A stretch of 32,000 bases of DNA from Phaeodactylibacter sp. (lineage in GTDB: Bacteria > Bacteroidota > Bacteroidia > Chitinophagales > Saprospiraceae), in NCBI GenBank assembly GCA_024102975.1, contig JAGFJD010000051.1, positions 3,788-35,787 of the forward strand, in the 5' to 3' direction. The notes under the pieces are model-generated. The model was given only the letters and a program-made list of their open reading frames with translations. It did not search any database and was not told where the DNA came from. Below, in pieces: positions 1-7,328 of this stretch. The position numbers and the translations under genes were made by a program. Each line of letters opens with the position of its first letter. Within the stretch, counting starts at the first letter, position 1.

Positions 1-662
1 TCGCGCCGCTCTGGCGTCCAGTTGCGGGTCAGGGAGTAGGTGCGCTGGTTGAAGTGGGTCTCGCCCAGGAAGGAGGGAATGACCGCAACGATGAGGATGA
101 GGATCAGCCAGGGGTTGAAGGCGATCAGGCCCGCGCCCAGGAAGAGGACGGTGATGACGTCCTGCACCTGGGATAGCACGTTCGACATGAGGATGGTCCG
201 CCCGGTCGTTTGCCGGCGGGCGCGCTCCAGCTTGTCGTAGAAGGTGGCGTCCTCGAACTGATAGAGGTCGAGCCGGGCGGCGTGCCGGATAAGGTCTACG
301 GACGTGTTGTTGGCGAAGAGGTCGCCCAGCAGGCTGTCGAGCAGGGTGATGCCGCGGTTGAGCAGGTCGGAAACGATGGCCAGGGCAAATTCCAGGCCCA
401 CCAGGAGCCAGAGGTAGCCCGTGCTGGCGACTTCCCCGTTGATCAGGCCGATGACCTCGTCGATGATCTCCTTGCCGATGTAAAGGGTGATCAGCGGCAC
501 TGCCGACTTGAGCAGGCGCAGCACGACATTGCCAACGGCCATATATTTGTTGGCCCGCCAGATGAGGCGGAAAAAACGCGGCAGGTTGCGCAGGGCGGCG
601 AACTGCTCCCGCAGGTCCGTTCTTTCTTCGTCGGTATTGGACAGAGGTGGTCTTCGAAACAT
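1..662 (-). CDS. ABC exporter, N-terminal transmembrane domain (partial; 3' part lies outside the window)
   Basis: Absent from the ORF track because there is no stop in the window. Reverse translation from the ATG (complement of 660-662) gives MFRRPPLSNTDEERTDLREQFAALRNLPRFFRLIWRANKYMAVGNVVLRLLKSAVPLITLYIGKEIIDEV...FEDATFYDKLERARRQTTGR...AFNPWLILILIVAVIPSFLGE. Multiple hydrophobic helices and the FYDKLxxA-type loop are typical of type-1 ABC exporter membrane domains. Confidence 0.75.
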   Translation of the reverse strand, partial: MFRRPPLSNTDEERTDLREQFAALRNLPRFFRLIWRANKYMAVGNVVLRLLKSAVPLITLYIGKEIIDEVIGLINGEVASTGYLWLLVGLEFALAIVSDLLNRGITLLDSLLGDLFANNTSVDLIRHAARLDLYQFEDATFYDKLERARRQTTGRTILMSNVLSQVQDVITVLFLGAGLIAFNPWLILILIVAVIPSFLGETHFNQRTYSLTRNWTPERR

Positions 663-738
663 ATTTAAATATACACATGACGGCAGGGGATGGTTTTGGC
701 CCCCGGCGAGCTCGGGGTAAAGTTGGTTGTGGGAGCTG

Positions 739-859
739 GTGGGGAAATGGGTTGAAATGGGGGGAAATGGGGGGAAATACGTGGATATAGATGGAAATGG
801 GTTGAAATGGGGGGAGATACGTGGAAATATGTGGAAATACATGGAAATGGGCTGGGAAT
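739..859. repeat. Tandem array of about 12 units of a 10-bp repeat NNRTGGAAAT, strictly phased
   Basis: The AAAT (or ATAT/AGAT) of each unit ends at 748, 758, 768, 778, 788, 798, 808, 818, 828, 838 and 848, then 859. Units include gggttgaaat, ggggggaaat, acgtggaaat, atgtggaaat and acatggaaat. It lies in the divergent intergenic region between the ABC gene and the helicase gene. Confidence 0.9.
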
Positions 860-913
860 GCCTGCCGTGCCTGGGCATACAACTGTATTTCCTTATTTCT
901 ACTTGTATCAAAG

Positions 914-921
914 TATTTTTG
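914..921 (+). promoter_or_regulatory. Candidate Bacteroidota -7 box (TATTTTTG fits TAnnTTTG) upstream of the helicase gene
   Basis: Exact match to the TAnnTTTG consensus on the + strand, but no clear TTTG -33 element at the usual spacing. It sits about 205 nt upstream of the ATG at 1126. Confidence 0.25.
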
Positions 922-980
922 GCCATCAGGCTATATTGAACTGATTTGCAGCAAACGGGTTTTAGGATATGTACTCAACG

Positions 981-1096
981 GCAATAGGTTTTGTGCATTT
1001 ATGGGTGGCGTTCCCCTTTCCGCGAGCGCCGAAGCTACTCGGCGGAGGCGCTAGGGGATTAAGGGGCGGGGAGGGCAAATGCACAAAACCTATTGC
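981..1096. repeat. 116-bp palindromic element with perfect 20-bp terminal inverted repeats and nested inner stems
   Basis: gcaataggttttgtgcattt (981-1000) is the exact reverse complement of aaatgcacaaaacctattgc (1077-1096). The 76-nt interior contains cgccga/tcggcg and cccct/agggg pairings. The element ends 30 nt before the helicase ATG. Confidence 0.85.
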
Positions 1097-1125
1097 AACC
1101 AAGTATAGTATCCAATAAAGATCAA

Positions 1126-3027
1126 ATGTCAGAAGCACTGAAGGAACTGGCGGAGCTCTCCGGGCTGCTGCAACTGGAAAAGGAGGAAGATTTGGAGCAA
1201 TTCAAACAGATCGTGCAGCGGCTGCCGCTGGAGGAGCGCAAGGCCAGGGGTTATTCCTGGTATCCGCTACAGGTGGTTAAAAGCGGTTATACCTACGGGG
1301 AGCGCGCTTTCGTCATTGTGGAGCGCAATGCGGCGGAAGGCGATCCTCATCATTTCCGCCCGGGCAAGGTCGTCAACCTGTACACCCGGCAGCCGGCGGT
1401 GCAGCATCCCGAGCGCAGCGGCGTCATACAGTTTGTCGACAAGAACCGGATGAAGATCGTGCTCAATTCCAAAGACCTGCCTGACTGGCTGGGGCTGGGC
1501 CTCATCGGCGCCGACCTGCTCTTCGACGAGACCACTTACCAGGAGATGGAAAAGGCGCTGAAACAGGTGCTGGAAGCCAAAAAGGGCCGGCTGGCGGAAC
1601 TGCGCGCCATCCTGATGGGCCAGCAGCCTCCGCGTTTCGCCCCGGTAAACAACCCTGTGGAAATTCCCGAGCTCAACGCCTCCCAGAACGAAGCCGTCAA
1701 CCACATCCTTGCCGCCCAGGACGTGGCCGTGGTGCACGGCCCGCCGGGTACCGGCAAGACAACCACCCTGGTGCATGCCGTCAGGCTCCTGGCCCAAACC
1801 GAAAACACCATCCTCGTCACCGCCCCCAGCAACACGGCCGCCGACCTGCTCACCGAGCGCCTCTCAGACGCAGGCCTGGAGGTGACCCGCATCGGCAATA
1901 TCTCCCGGGTGGACGAGAGCATCATCAACCATACCCTGGAGATGAAGCTCTCCCGGCATCCTGAAGCCAGGAACATCAAGAAAGTCAAGCTCCAGGCTGC
2001 CGAGGCGCGGCGCCGGGCCCAGCGCTACAAGCGCAGCTTCGGCCCCGAGGAGCGCGCCGAGCGGCGGCAGCTCCACCAGGAAGCCAACGAGCTGTCCGCC
2101 TGGGCCCGCCAGCTGGAGGACCGCCTCATCGACCAGATACTGGCCGGTTCTCAGGTCATCACCGCCACCCTGGTGGGTGCCGGGCATGAGTTGCTGGACC
2201 GCCTGAAATTCCGCACCGTCGTCATCGACGAAGCCGCCCAGGCGCTGGAACCCGCAACCTGGATTCCCATCACCCGCGCCTCGCGGGTCATCCTGGCGGG
2301 CGACCCTTTCCAACTGCCGCCGACGGTGCAATCCCGCGAAGCGCAAAAGCGGGGGCTGGACGTGACGCTGATCGAAAAGCTGCTGCAACGCCTGCCGGAA
2401 GTCAGGCTGCTCAACGTGCAGTACCGCATGAACGAGCAGATCATGAACTTTTCCAACCGCCGCTTTTACGAGAATGCCCTGAAGGCGGACGAAAGCGTCC
2501 GCCACCACCGGCTGGACATAACGGACAGCGCGCCGGTGTCCTTCATCGACACGGCAGGCTGCGGCTTTGAGGAGAAGGTGCAGGAGAAGTACAAAAGCCG
2601 CTACAACCCGGAGGAGTTCTTCATCCTGCGGGAACACCTGTATTTGCTAAAGGATGCTTTCAACGGCATCCCACCGCCCTCCATCGCCATCATCTCTCCG
2701 TACCGGGAGCAGGTGCTGCATATCCAGAAGGCGATCGAAGAAGATGCTGTCCTGGCGGAGTTGCCCCTTTCCATCAACACCATCGACGGCTTCCAGGGGC
2801 AGGAGCGCGACGTGGTCTACATCTCCCTCGTGCGTTCCAATGGCAAAGGCGAGATAGGCTTCCTCAAGGACTACCGCCGCATGAATGTGGCGATGACGCG
2901 GGCCCGGAAAAAGCTGGTCGTGGTGGGGGATAGCGCCACCATTGGAAATGATGGCTTTTACGGCGCGTTTCTGGACTACTGTGAGAAGGAAGGGAGGTAT
3001 CAGACGGCTTGGGAGTATATGCGGTAA
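1126..3027 (+). CDS. Superfamily-1B helicase, Upf1/DNA2/IGHMBP2-like (AAA_11/AAA_12-type)
   Basis: The ORF runs 1093..3027 from a TTG; the first ATG is at 1126 (MSEALKEL...). Walker A is GPPGTGKTTT and motif II is VVIDEAAQ. QGQERDVVYISLVRSN and MNVAMTRARKKLVVVGD are characteristic C-terminal motifs of this helicase family. Confidence 0.85.
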   Translation: MSEALKELAELSGLLQLEKEEDLEQFKQIVQRLPLEERKARGYSWYPLQVVKSGYTYGERAFVIVERNAAEGDPHHFRPGKVVNLYTRQPAVQHPERSGVIQFVDKNRMKIVLNSKDLPDWLGLGLIGADLLFDETTYQEMEKALKQVLEAKKGRLAELRAILMGQQPPRFAPVNNPVEIPELNASQNEAVNHILAAQDVAVVHGPPGTGKTTTLVHAVRLLAQTENTILVTAPSNTAADLLTERLSDAGLEVTRIGNISRVDESIINHTLEMKLSRHPEARNIKKVKLQAAEARRRAQRYKRSFGPEERAERRQLHQEANELSAWARQLEDRLIDQILAGSQVITATLVGAGHELLDRLKFRTVVIDEAAQALEPATWIPITRASRVILAGDPFQLPPTVQSREAQKRGLDVTLIEKLLQRLPEVRLLNVQYRMNEQIMNFSNRRFYENALKADESVRHHRLDITDSAPVSFIDTAGCGFEEKVQEKYKSRYNPEEFFILREHLYLLKDAFNGIPPPSIAIISPYREQVLHIQKAIEEDAVLAELPLSINTIDGFQGQERDVVYISLVRSNGKGEIGFLKDYRRMNVAMTRARKKLVVVGDSATIGNDGFYGAFLDYCEKEGRYQTAWEYMR

Positions 3028-3035
3028 AACCGCCC

Positions 3036-3340
3036 TTACCGCCGCACCACCTTCTCCTGCTGCCATACTTTCCCTCCTTCTTCCAGCACATAAAAATACA
3101 CGCCGCCCGGCAGATGCCTCACCTCAAAAGTATTCACCCCGGCATGCAGCCGCCACTGCCCTGCCGGCTGCCCCAACTGGTTGAATAGCCGCAGGCCGGG
3201 CAGGCGGCATCCGGGTTGTGGATGACATGCAGGCTGCGTATGCCGTTGGAAGCACAAATGTAGATCTTGCCGTCCGGCCCCAGTTGCGCCTGGTAAATTG
3301 CTACATTGCCAGAATGTTGTCTGGCCTTTGCACTCAAAAA
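3036..3340 (-). pseudogene. 3' remnant of a T9SS-secreted protein gene (C-terminal sorting domain), 5'-truncated and frameshifted
   Basis: One frame ends ...LFNQLGQPAGQWRLHAGVNTFEVRHLPGGVYFYVLEEGGKVWQQEKVVRR*, a typical Por/T9SS C-terminal-domain pattern. The adjacent frame reads ...YQAQLGPDGKIYICASNGIRSLHVIHNPDAACPAC, typical of the repeat region preceding such tails. The two pieces are in different frames (switch near 3190-3230), and no N-terminal part or signal peptide is present. Confidence 0.6.
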
Positions 3341-3357
3341 AACTTATCTTTGAAACC

Positions 3358-4860
3358 ATGAAATACCCCATTGGCATACAGGATTTCGGTAAGCTGCGCG
3401 AAGGCGGCTACGTCTATGTAGATAAGACCGAACAAATCCATCGCATACTTCAAAGCGGCAATTATTATTTTCTGTCCCGGCCCCGCCGCTTCGGCAAATC
3501 CCTTTTGTTGTCGACGATCAAAGAATTGTACTCCGGCAGCCGGGAATTATTTGAGGGGTTGTGGGTAGAAGATCGCTGGGATTGGGGAAAGACACACCCG
3601 GTGATCTGGCTGAAATTCAGCAGCCAGGGGGTGCGTACGCTGGGCTTGGAGCCGGCCATTCACAAAATGCTTTCGGAAACAGCGGCGAGCCTGGGCATAG
3701 AATTGCAGGAAGATTCATACGACCTGAAATTTAAAGAGCTGATTATCAAAGCTGCCAAAGAACGAAAAGCCGTCCTGCTGATCGATGAATACGACAAACC
3801 CATCATCGATTATCTTGATGACATTCCTAAGGCGGAGGCCAACAGGGAAATACTCAAGAGTTTTTATTCTGTGCTCAAAGATTGCGACCCTTTCCTGGAA
3901 ACCGTTTTCATCACCGGGGTATCCGCTTTCTCCAAGGTGAGTATTTTTTCAGATTTAAATAATCTGGAAAACCTGTCCTTAAGTACTGCTGCATTCACTT
4001 TGCTTGGCCTGACGCATCAGGAACTGGAGCGGTACTTTCCAAAGCAACTGCAGGAGGTGGATGCCCATCAAATGAAGGCCTGGTACAACGGTTATTCCTG
4101 GGGGGGAGAGAAAGTTTACAATCCTTTTTCCATTCTGAGGTTTTTCAAGGAAAGCAAACGCTTCCACAACTTCTGGTTCGAAACCGGCACGCCTACCTTC
4201 CTGGTAAAAGAAATGCGCAAGCATCGCTACTACGACATTGGACACATAGAAGCCTCGGAACACCAACTCTCCGCATTTGATTTCAAAAGGCTGGACCCCA
4301 TTACCGTCCTCTTTCAAACCGGCTACCTCACCATTGATTTTTATGATGAGCGCTTCAGGGTTTACCACCTGCGGTATCCTAATGAAGAAGTGCGCTTTTC
4401 ACTACAGCAATATCTGCTGAATGTATATCGCGACACCCTTTCCGGCAATGCCCTGGCGCCGGCAGTTGCCATTACAAAGGCGCTGGAGGCCAACGACATC
4501 GCAAGTGCTATTGAGGCAATCAATTCAACATTCAGCAGCATTCCATACGACCTGTGGCAAAAGGAAAACGAGCATTTTTACCATGCGCTGATCCACCTCA
4601 TGTTTTCTCTGTTGGGAACCTATATCCAATCGGAAGTACACACCTCCAAAGGGCGCTGCGACGCCCTCGTGCACACTGCGGATCACATCTACGCCTTCGA
4701 ATTTAAGCTGGACAAAACGGCCGGCGAAGCCGTGCAGCAGATAAAAGACAAAGGTTATCTCGCCCCTTATATGGATTCCCCCAAACAAAAGATCGCGGTC
4801 GGCGTCAATTTTTCCACAGCAGAAAAGAAGGTGACGGAATGGCTGGTGGAGGAGCTTTGA
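3358..4860 (+). CDS. AAA-ATPase-like domain plus PD-(D/E)XK nuclease (PDDEXK_9 / DUF1703-type) protein
   Basis: The protein starts MKYPIGIQDFGKLREGGYVYVDKTEQIHRILQSGNYYFLSRPRRFGKSLLLS, the hallmark N-terminus of this family. The C-terminus has KGRCDALVHTADHIYAFEFKLDK (a D...E-x-K nuclease core). Sampled lines give about 40-47% GC, lower than the neighbours. Confidence 0.85.
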   Translation: MKYPIGIQDFGKLREGGYVYVDKTEQIHRILQSGNYYFLSRPRRFGKSLLLSTIKELYSGSRELFEGLWVEDRWDWGKTHPVIWLKFSSQGVRTLGLEPAIHKMLSETAASLGIELQEDSYDLKFKELIIKAAKERKAVLLIDEYDKPIIDYLDDIPKAEANREILKSFYSVLKDCDPFLETVFITGVSAFSKVSIFSDLNNLENLSLSTAAFTLLGLTHQELERYFPKQLQEVDAHQMKAWYNGYSWGGEKVYNPFSILRFFKESKRFHNFWFETGTPTFLVKEMRKHRYYDIGHIEASEHQLSAFDFKRLDPITVLFQTGYLTIDFYDERFRVYHLRYPNEEVRFSLQQYLLNVYRDTLSGNALAPAVAITKALEANDIASAIEAINSTFSSIPYDLWQKENEHFYHALIHLMFSLLGTYIQSEVHTSKGRCDALVHTADHIYAFEFKLDKTAGEAVQQIKDKGYLAPYMDSPKQKIAVGVNFSTAEKKVTEWLVEEL

Positions 4861-4880
4861 GCATTGGCCGGCGTTGAGGC

Positions 4881-5042
4881 ACATCAAACATCCCACATCA
4901 AACATCAAACATCGCACATCCCCAGAGCTTCCCTATCTGCGAGGTTCGATTTGCGATTTGCGATTTGCCCGGGAACACCCGGGGCCGGCGTTCCCCCCAA
5001 ATCACACATCGCACGTCACACATCGCACATCAAAAATCAAAA
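4881..5042. repeat. Three blocks of heptanucleotide tandem repeats flanking a small hairpin
   Basis: Block 1 (4881-4922) is six units of ACATCNN. Block 2 (4947-4967) is three units of CGATTTG. A gggaac/gttccc stem lies at 4971-4976 and 4990-4995. Block 3 (5001-5042) is six units of (A/G)TCNCAC or ATCAAAA. Confidence 0.9.
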
Positions 5043-5073
5043 AGCCGGTTGCTTCCCTAAGGCAGCAACCGGC
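5029..5073 (-). terminator. Rho-independent terminator downstream of rplI
   Basis: Perfect 10-bp stem gccggttgct (5044-5053) / agcaaccggc (5064-5073) with a 10-nt loop. On the minus strand it is followed by TTTTTGATTTTTG, and it lies about 40 nt after the rplI stop. Confidence 0.7.
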
Positions 5074-5114
5074 CGGATGTAGATCGTTCAATTCAGTTGT
5101 ATGGGAGAACGAAA

Positions 5115-5561
5115 TTATTCTTCCACTACTTCGAAGGTCAGTTTGATGGGCACCTCGGGGTGGAGGTCAAGGTCGATGCTGTATTCGCCCAGCACTTTGA
5201 TCTCTTCGGGCAGTTTGATCTTGCGGCGGTCCACTTCGATTTCGAACTGGTCTTTGAGGGCGGCGGAAATCTGGACGTTGGTCACGCTGCCGAAGATTTT
5301 TCCGCTGGTGCCGGCTTTGGCGCCGATCCGGAGTACCTGGCCGACCAGTTTGGCGGCGATCTCTTCGAATTCGGCTTTGCGGGCGGCCAGTTCTTCCGCT
5401 TCCTTGCGCTTGATGTCGTCCAGTTTGCCCCGGTTGGTATCGTTGGCGACGAGGGCCAGGCCCTGAGGGATGAGGTAGTTGCGGGCATAACCCGGCTTGA
5501 CGCTTACGATCTCGTGCTTTTCGCCTACCTTATCTACATCGTCGAGCAGAATAATATCCAT
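5115..5561 (-). CDS. rplI: 50S ribosomal protein L9
   Basis: MDIILLDDVDKVGEKHEIVSVKPGYARNYLIPQGLALVA... is a canonical L9 N-terminus. The protein is 148 aa and follows rpsR. Confidence 0.95.
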   Translation of the reverse strand: MDIILLDDVDKVGEKHEIVSVKPGYARNYLIPQGLALVANDTNRGKLDDIKRKEAEELAARKAEFEEIAAKLVGQVLRIGAKAGTSGKIFGSVTNVQISAALKDQFEIEVDRRKIKLPEEIKVLGEYSIDLDLHPEVPIKLTFEVVEE

Positions 5562-5594
5562 CTTTAAAAGTTTAAGCAGGGTGGTTAAGGAAAT

Positions 5595-5861
5595 TTACTT
5601 CAGCAGGTCGGCCACGTAAGGCAACATAGCCAGGTGGCGGGCGCGCTTAACGGCGGTGGCCACTTTGCGCTGGTATTTCAGCGAGTTGCCGGTAATGCGG
5701 CGGGGCAGGATTTTGCCCTGCTCGTTGACGAACTGCATCAGGAAATCCGGGTCTTTGTAGTCGATGTACTTGATGCCGAACTTGCGGAAGCGGCAGTACT
5801 TTTTGCGCTTTTGCCCGATCTTGGGGTTGCTTAAGAATTTTATATCGTCTCTTGAAGCCAT
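5595..5861 (-). CDS. rpsR: 30S ribosomal protein S18
   Basis: ...[63 protein letters not shown] is a canonical S18 sequence. Confidence 0.95.
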   Translation of the reverse strand: MASRDDIKFLSNPKIGQKRKKYCRFRKFGIKYIDYKDPDFLMQFVNEQGKILPRRITGNSLKYQRKVATAVKRARHLAMLPYVADLLK

Positions 5862-5896
5862 TTTCTTGTGGATTTAAAGTTCAACAAACAGAGGGG

Positions 5897-6436
5897 TTAT
5901 TCCTCTTCTTCGGCGGTAGCGGCGGGCGCTTTAGCGGCGGGCGCTTCCCTGGCGGGCTGCTGCCTGGCGGGCTGTCTTTCCCGGCGGCTGTCGCGGTCGC
6001 GGTCTCTGTTGTCCCGGTCGCGGTTGTCGCGGCGGTCATCCCGGCGTCCGCCCCGGCGGTCGTCTTTCTTGCTGTCGTCAGCTTTCTTCTTTTTAGTGAC
6101 CTTGCCGATTTTGCCGGCGCGCTTGTCGGCGTTGTACTTCACGCCGTACTTGTCGAGGGTGACGGTCAGGAAGCGCATGATGCGCTCGTCGCGGCGCAGG
6201 GCCAGCTCCATCTGCTCGATGAAATTGCCGTTGGGCGCTTCGAATTCCACGCAGTAGTAAACCCCTGACGTGCGCCGGTTAATCGGGTAGGCCAGCTGGC
6301 GCAGGCCCATCTCATCCACATGTACGATTTTGCACCCCTCTGATTTGAGGTGTTCGACATATGTCTGAGCTGTCGCTTTGATCTCTTCCCCCGACAGCAC
6401 AGGGTCTACGATGAAGGTTACTTCGTAATTCTTCAT
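5897..6436 (-). CDS. rpsF: 30S ribosomal protein S6 with a long charged C-terminal extension
   Basis: MKNYEVTFIVDP...GLRQLAYPINRRTSGVYY...RFLTV is the S6 core (about 100 aa). It is followed by about 75 aa of K/R/D-rich low complexity (RRDDRRDNRDRDNRDRDRDSRRER...) ending in EEEE. Confidence 0.9.
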   Translation of the reverse strand: MKNYEVTFIVDPVLSGEEIKATAQTYVEHLKSEGCKIVHVDEMGLRQLAYPINRRTSGVYYCVEFEAPNGNFIEQMELALRRDERIMRFLTVTLDKYGVKYNADKRAGKIGKVTKKKKADDSKKDDRRGGRRDDRRDNRDRDNRDRDRDSRRERQPARQQPAREAPAAKAPAATAEEEE

Positions 6437-6488
6437 ATGGATCAGACATATTTAAAGGTTAACAAACAAAGAGCTTTTTAAGCGGCTG

Positions 6489-6519
6489 CAAAGGTAGGGA
6501 TAATTTGGGGAATTGCAAA
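6489..6519 (-). promoter_or_regulatory. Candidate Bacteroidota promoter for rpsF-rpsR-rplI (TTTG -33, 19-nt spacer, TACCTTTG -7)
   Basis: The minus strand reads gTTTGcaattccccaaattatcccTACCTTTG. The -7 box (complement of 6489-6496) fits TAnnTTTG and the TTTG is at the complement of 6516-6519. It lies about 53 nt upstream of the rpsF ATG. Confidence 0.35.
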
Positions 6520-7317
6520 CTATTCTTCAACGAAGCTTTCCAGGGCGGTGATCTTGGGGTAGACGACTTCGACCACCTTTTTCCAATTGGATGACAACCA
6601 GGAAGAACTGGTTTTCTCCTGTTCGATCAGGCCCCGGATTTCTTTGACCTTCGCCAGGATGGCGCCGTTCTTTTCTTTCAGTTTGTCGTAATTTGCTTTG
6701 GCGGTTTTCAAATCAGCTTTGGTCTCTTTCAGTTCATCTTTAACCTCCTGGAGGGAAGATTCTGTATTTTCCAATTCAGAAGTCAGCTGTTCGCTCTCGC
6801 CCTCGCTGTCGCTTTCTGCCTGTTCGAGGGCGTCGCTGAGGCTTTTGTCGGCGTCTTCCCGGGTGGCTTTGATCTTGATGTCGAGTTCTTTGATCCTGAT
6901 CCGGTTCTGCACCAGCACGGCGTAAACTTTTTTCAGTTTGTTCTTTTCTGCCGTCAGGTTTTCGCCCTCTTTCAGGTTGACCAGTTCCTCATAAAACCTT
7001 TTGCGCATGGCGATCAGCTCCTCGATGTCGGCAGCTGCCGAACCGGGTTCTTCCAGTTCCTGGTGGTCCAGCCTGATCAGCTGGCTGGTGATGGCGGCGA
7101 TGGTGTCGATGTAGCCAACCATGAGTTTAAGGTTGGCCGTATCCTGCCTGACGGCCTCGAAATCTGCTTTGATGGGGTCGGCGGGCTGCTCGTTGACGCT
7201 TTGCACATTAAAGCTGAAAATCCATATCAACAGGAGCAAAGTCAGGAGGTAGACGCCCAGCACTTTAAAAATTGCTACAACTCGGGAACCTTGATTGCTT
7301 ACTTTGCCTATTGCCAT
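6520..7317 (-). CDS. Membrane-anchored acidic coiled-coil protein; TssO-like by position and architecture
   Basis: It is the last gene of the T6SS operon, 11 nt after tssK. It has one N-terminal TM helix (VVAIFKVLGVYLLTLLLLIWIFSF) and a long coiled coil (...EQAESDSEGESEQLTSELENTESSLQEVKDELKETKADLKTAKANYDKLKEK...). I recognised no sequence motif, so the assignment is architectural only. Confidence 0.4.
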   Translation of the reverse strand: MAIGKVSNQGSRVVAIFKVLGVYLLTLLLLIWIFSFNVQSVNEQPADPIKADFEAVRQDTANLKLMVGYIDTIAAITSQLIRLDHQELEEPGSAAADIEELIAMRKRFYEELVNLKEGENLTAEKNKLKKVYAVLVQNRIRIKELDIKIKATREDADKSLSDALEQAESDSEGESEQLTSELENTESSLQEVKDELKETKADLKTAKANYDKLKEKNGAILAKVKEIRGLIEQEKTSSSWLSSNWKKVVEVVYPKITALESFVEE

Positions 7318-7328
7318 ATCGTTCGCTT

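Noticed and set aside
739-859. Possibility that the periodic arrays (this one and 21631-21760) are CRISPR arrays
   Set aside because: The period is 10 bp with no spacers, no 24-48-bp repeats and no cas genes in the window.
727-1054. Short ORFs translated through the 10-bp arrays (727-939 and 821-1054; also 21588-21782 and the 5' part of 21598-22239)
   Set aside because: The peptides are periodic repeat artefacts (GNG/WKW or FHxFP runs) with no start context. The DNA-level 10-bp periodicity is not a multiple of 3, so selection is not acting on a coding frame.
1093-1125. TTG start at 1093 for the helicase, as given in the ORF track
   Set aside because: The TTG lies inside the right arm of the 20-bp inverted repeat. 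The first ATG at 1126 gives a natural N-terminus (MSEALKEL), so 1126 is preferred, though this is unproven.
1126-4860. SF1 helicase plus PD-(D/E)XK/AAA protein as a two-gene anti-phage defence pair
   Set aside because: The two genes are separated by an opposite-strand pseudogene and differ markedly in GC, so they are not an operon. The helicase has the widely conserved IGHMBP2/Upf1-like housekeeping architecture and no nuclease domain.
4864-5146. 72-aa and 90-aa + strand ORFs across the heptamer repeat region
   Set aside because: The translations (HIKHQTSHIKH...) simply reflect the 7-nt repeats drifting through frames, and the ORFs run into the rplI terminator and the antisense of rplI.
6437-6519. 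rpsF-rpsR-rplI as an integral part of the T6SS operon
   Set aside because: The 83-nt spacer contains a good TTTG-N19-TACCTTTG promoter candidate, and ribosomal operons are normally autonomous. Read-through from tssO cannot be excluded, but co-regulation is not supported.
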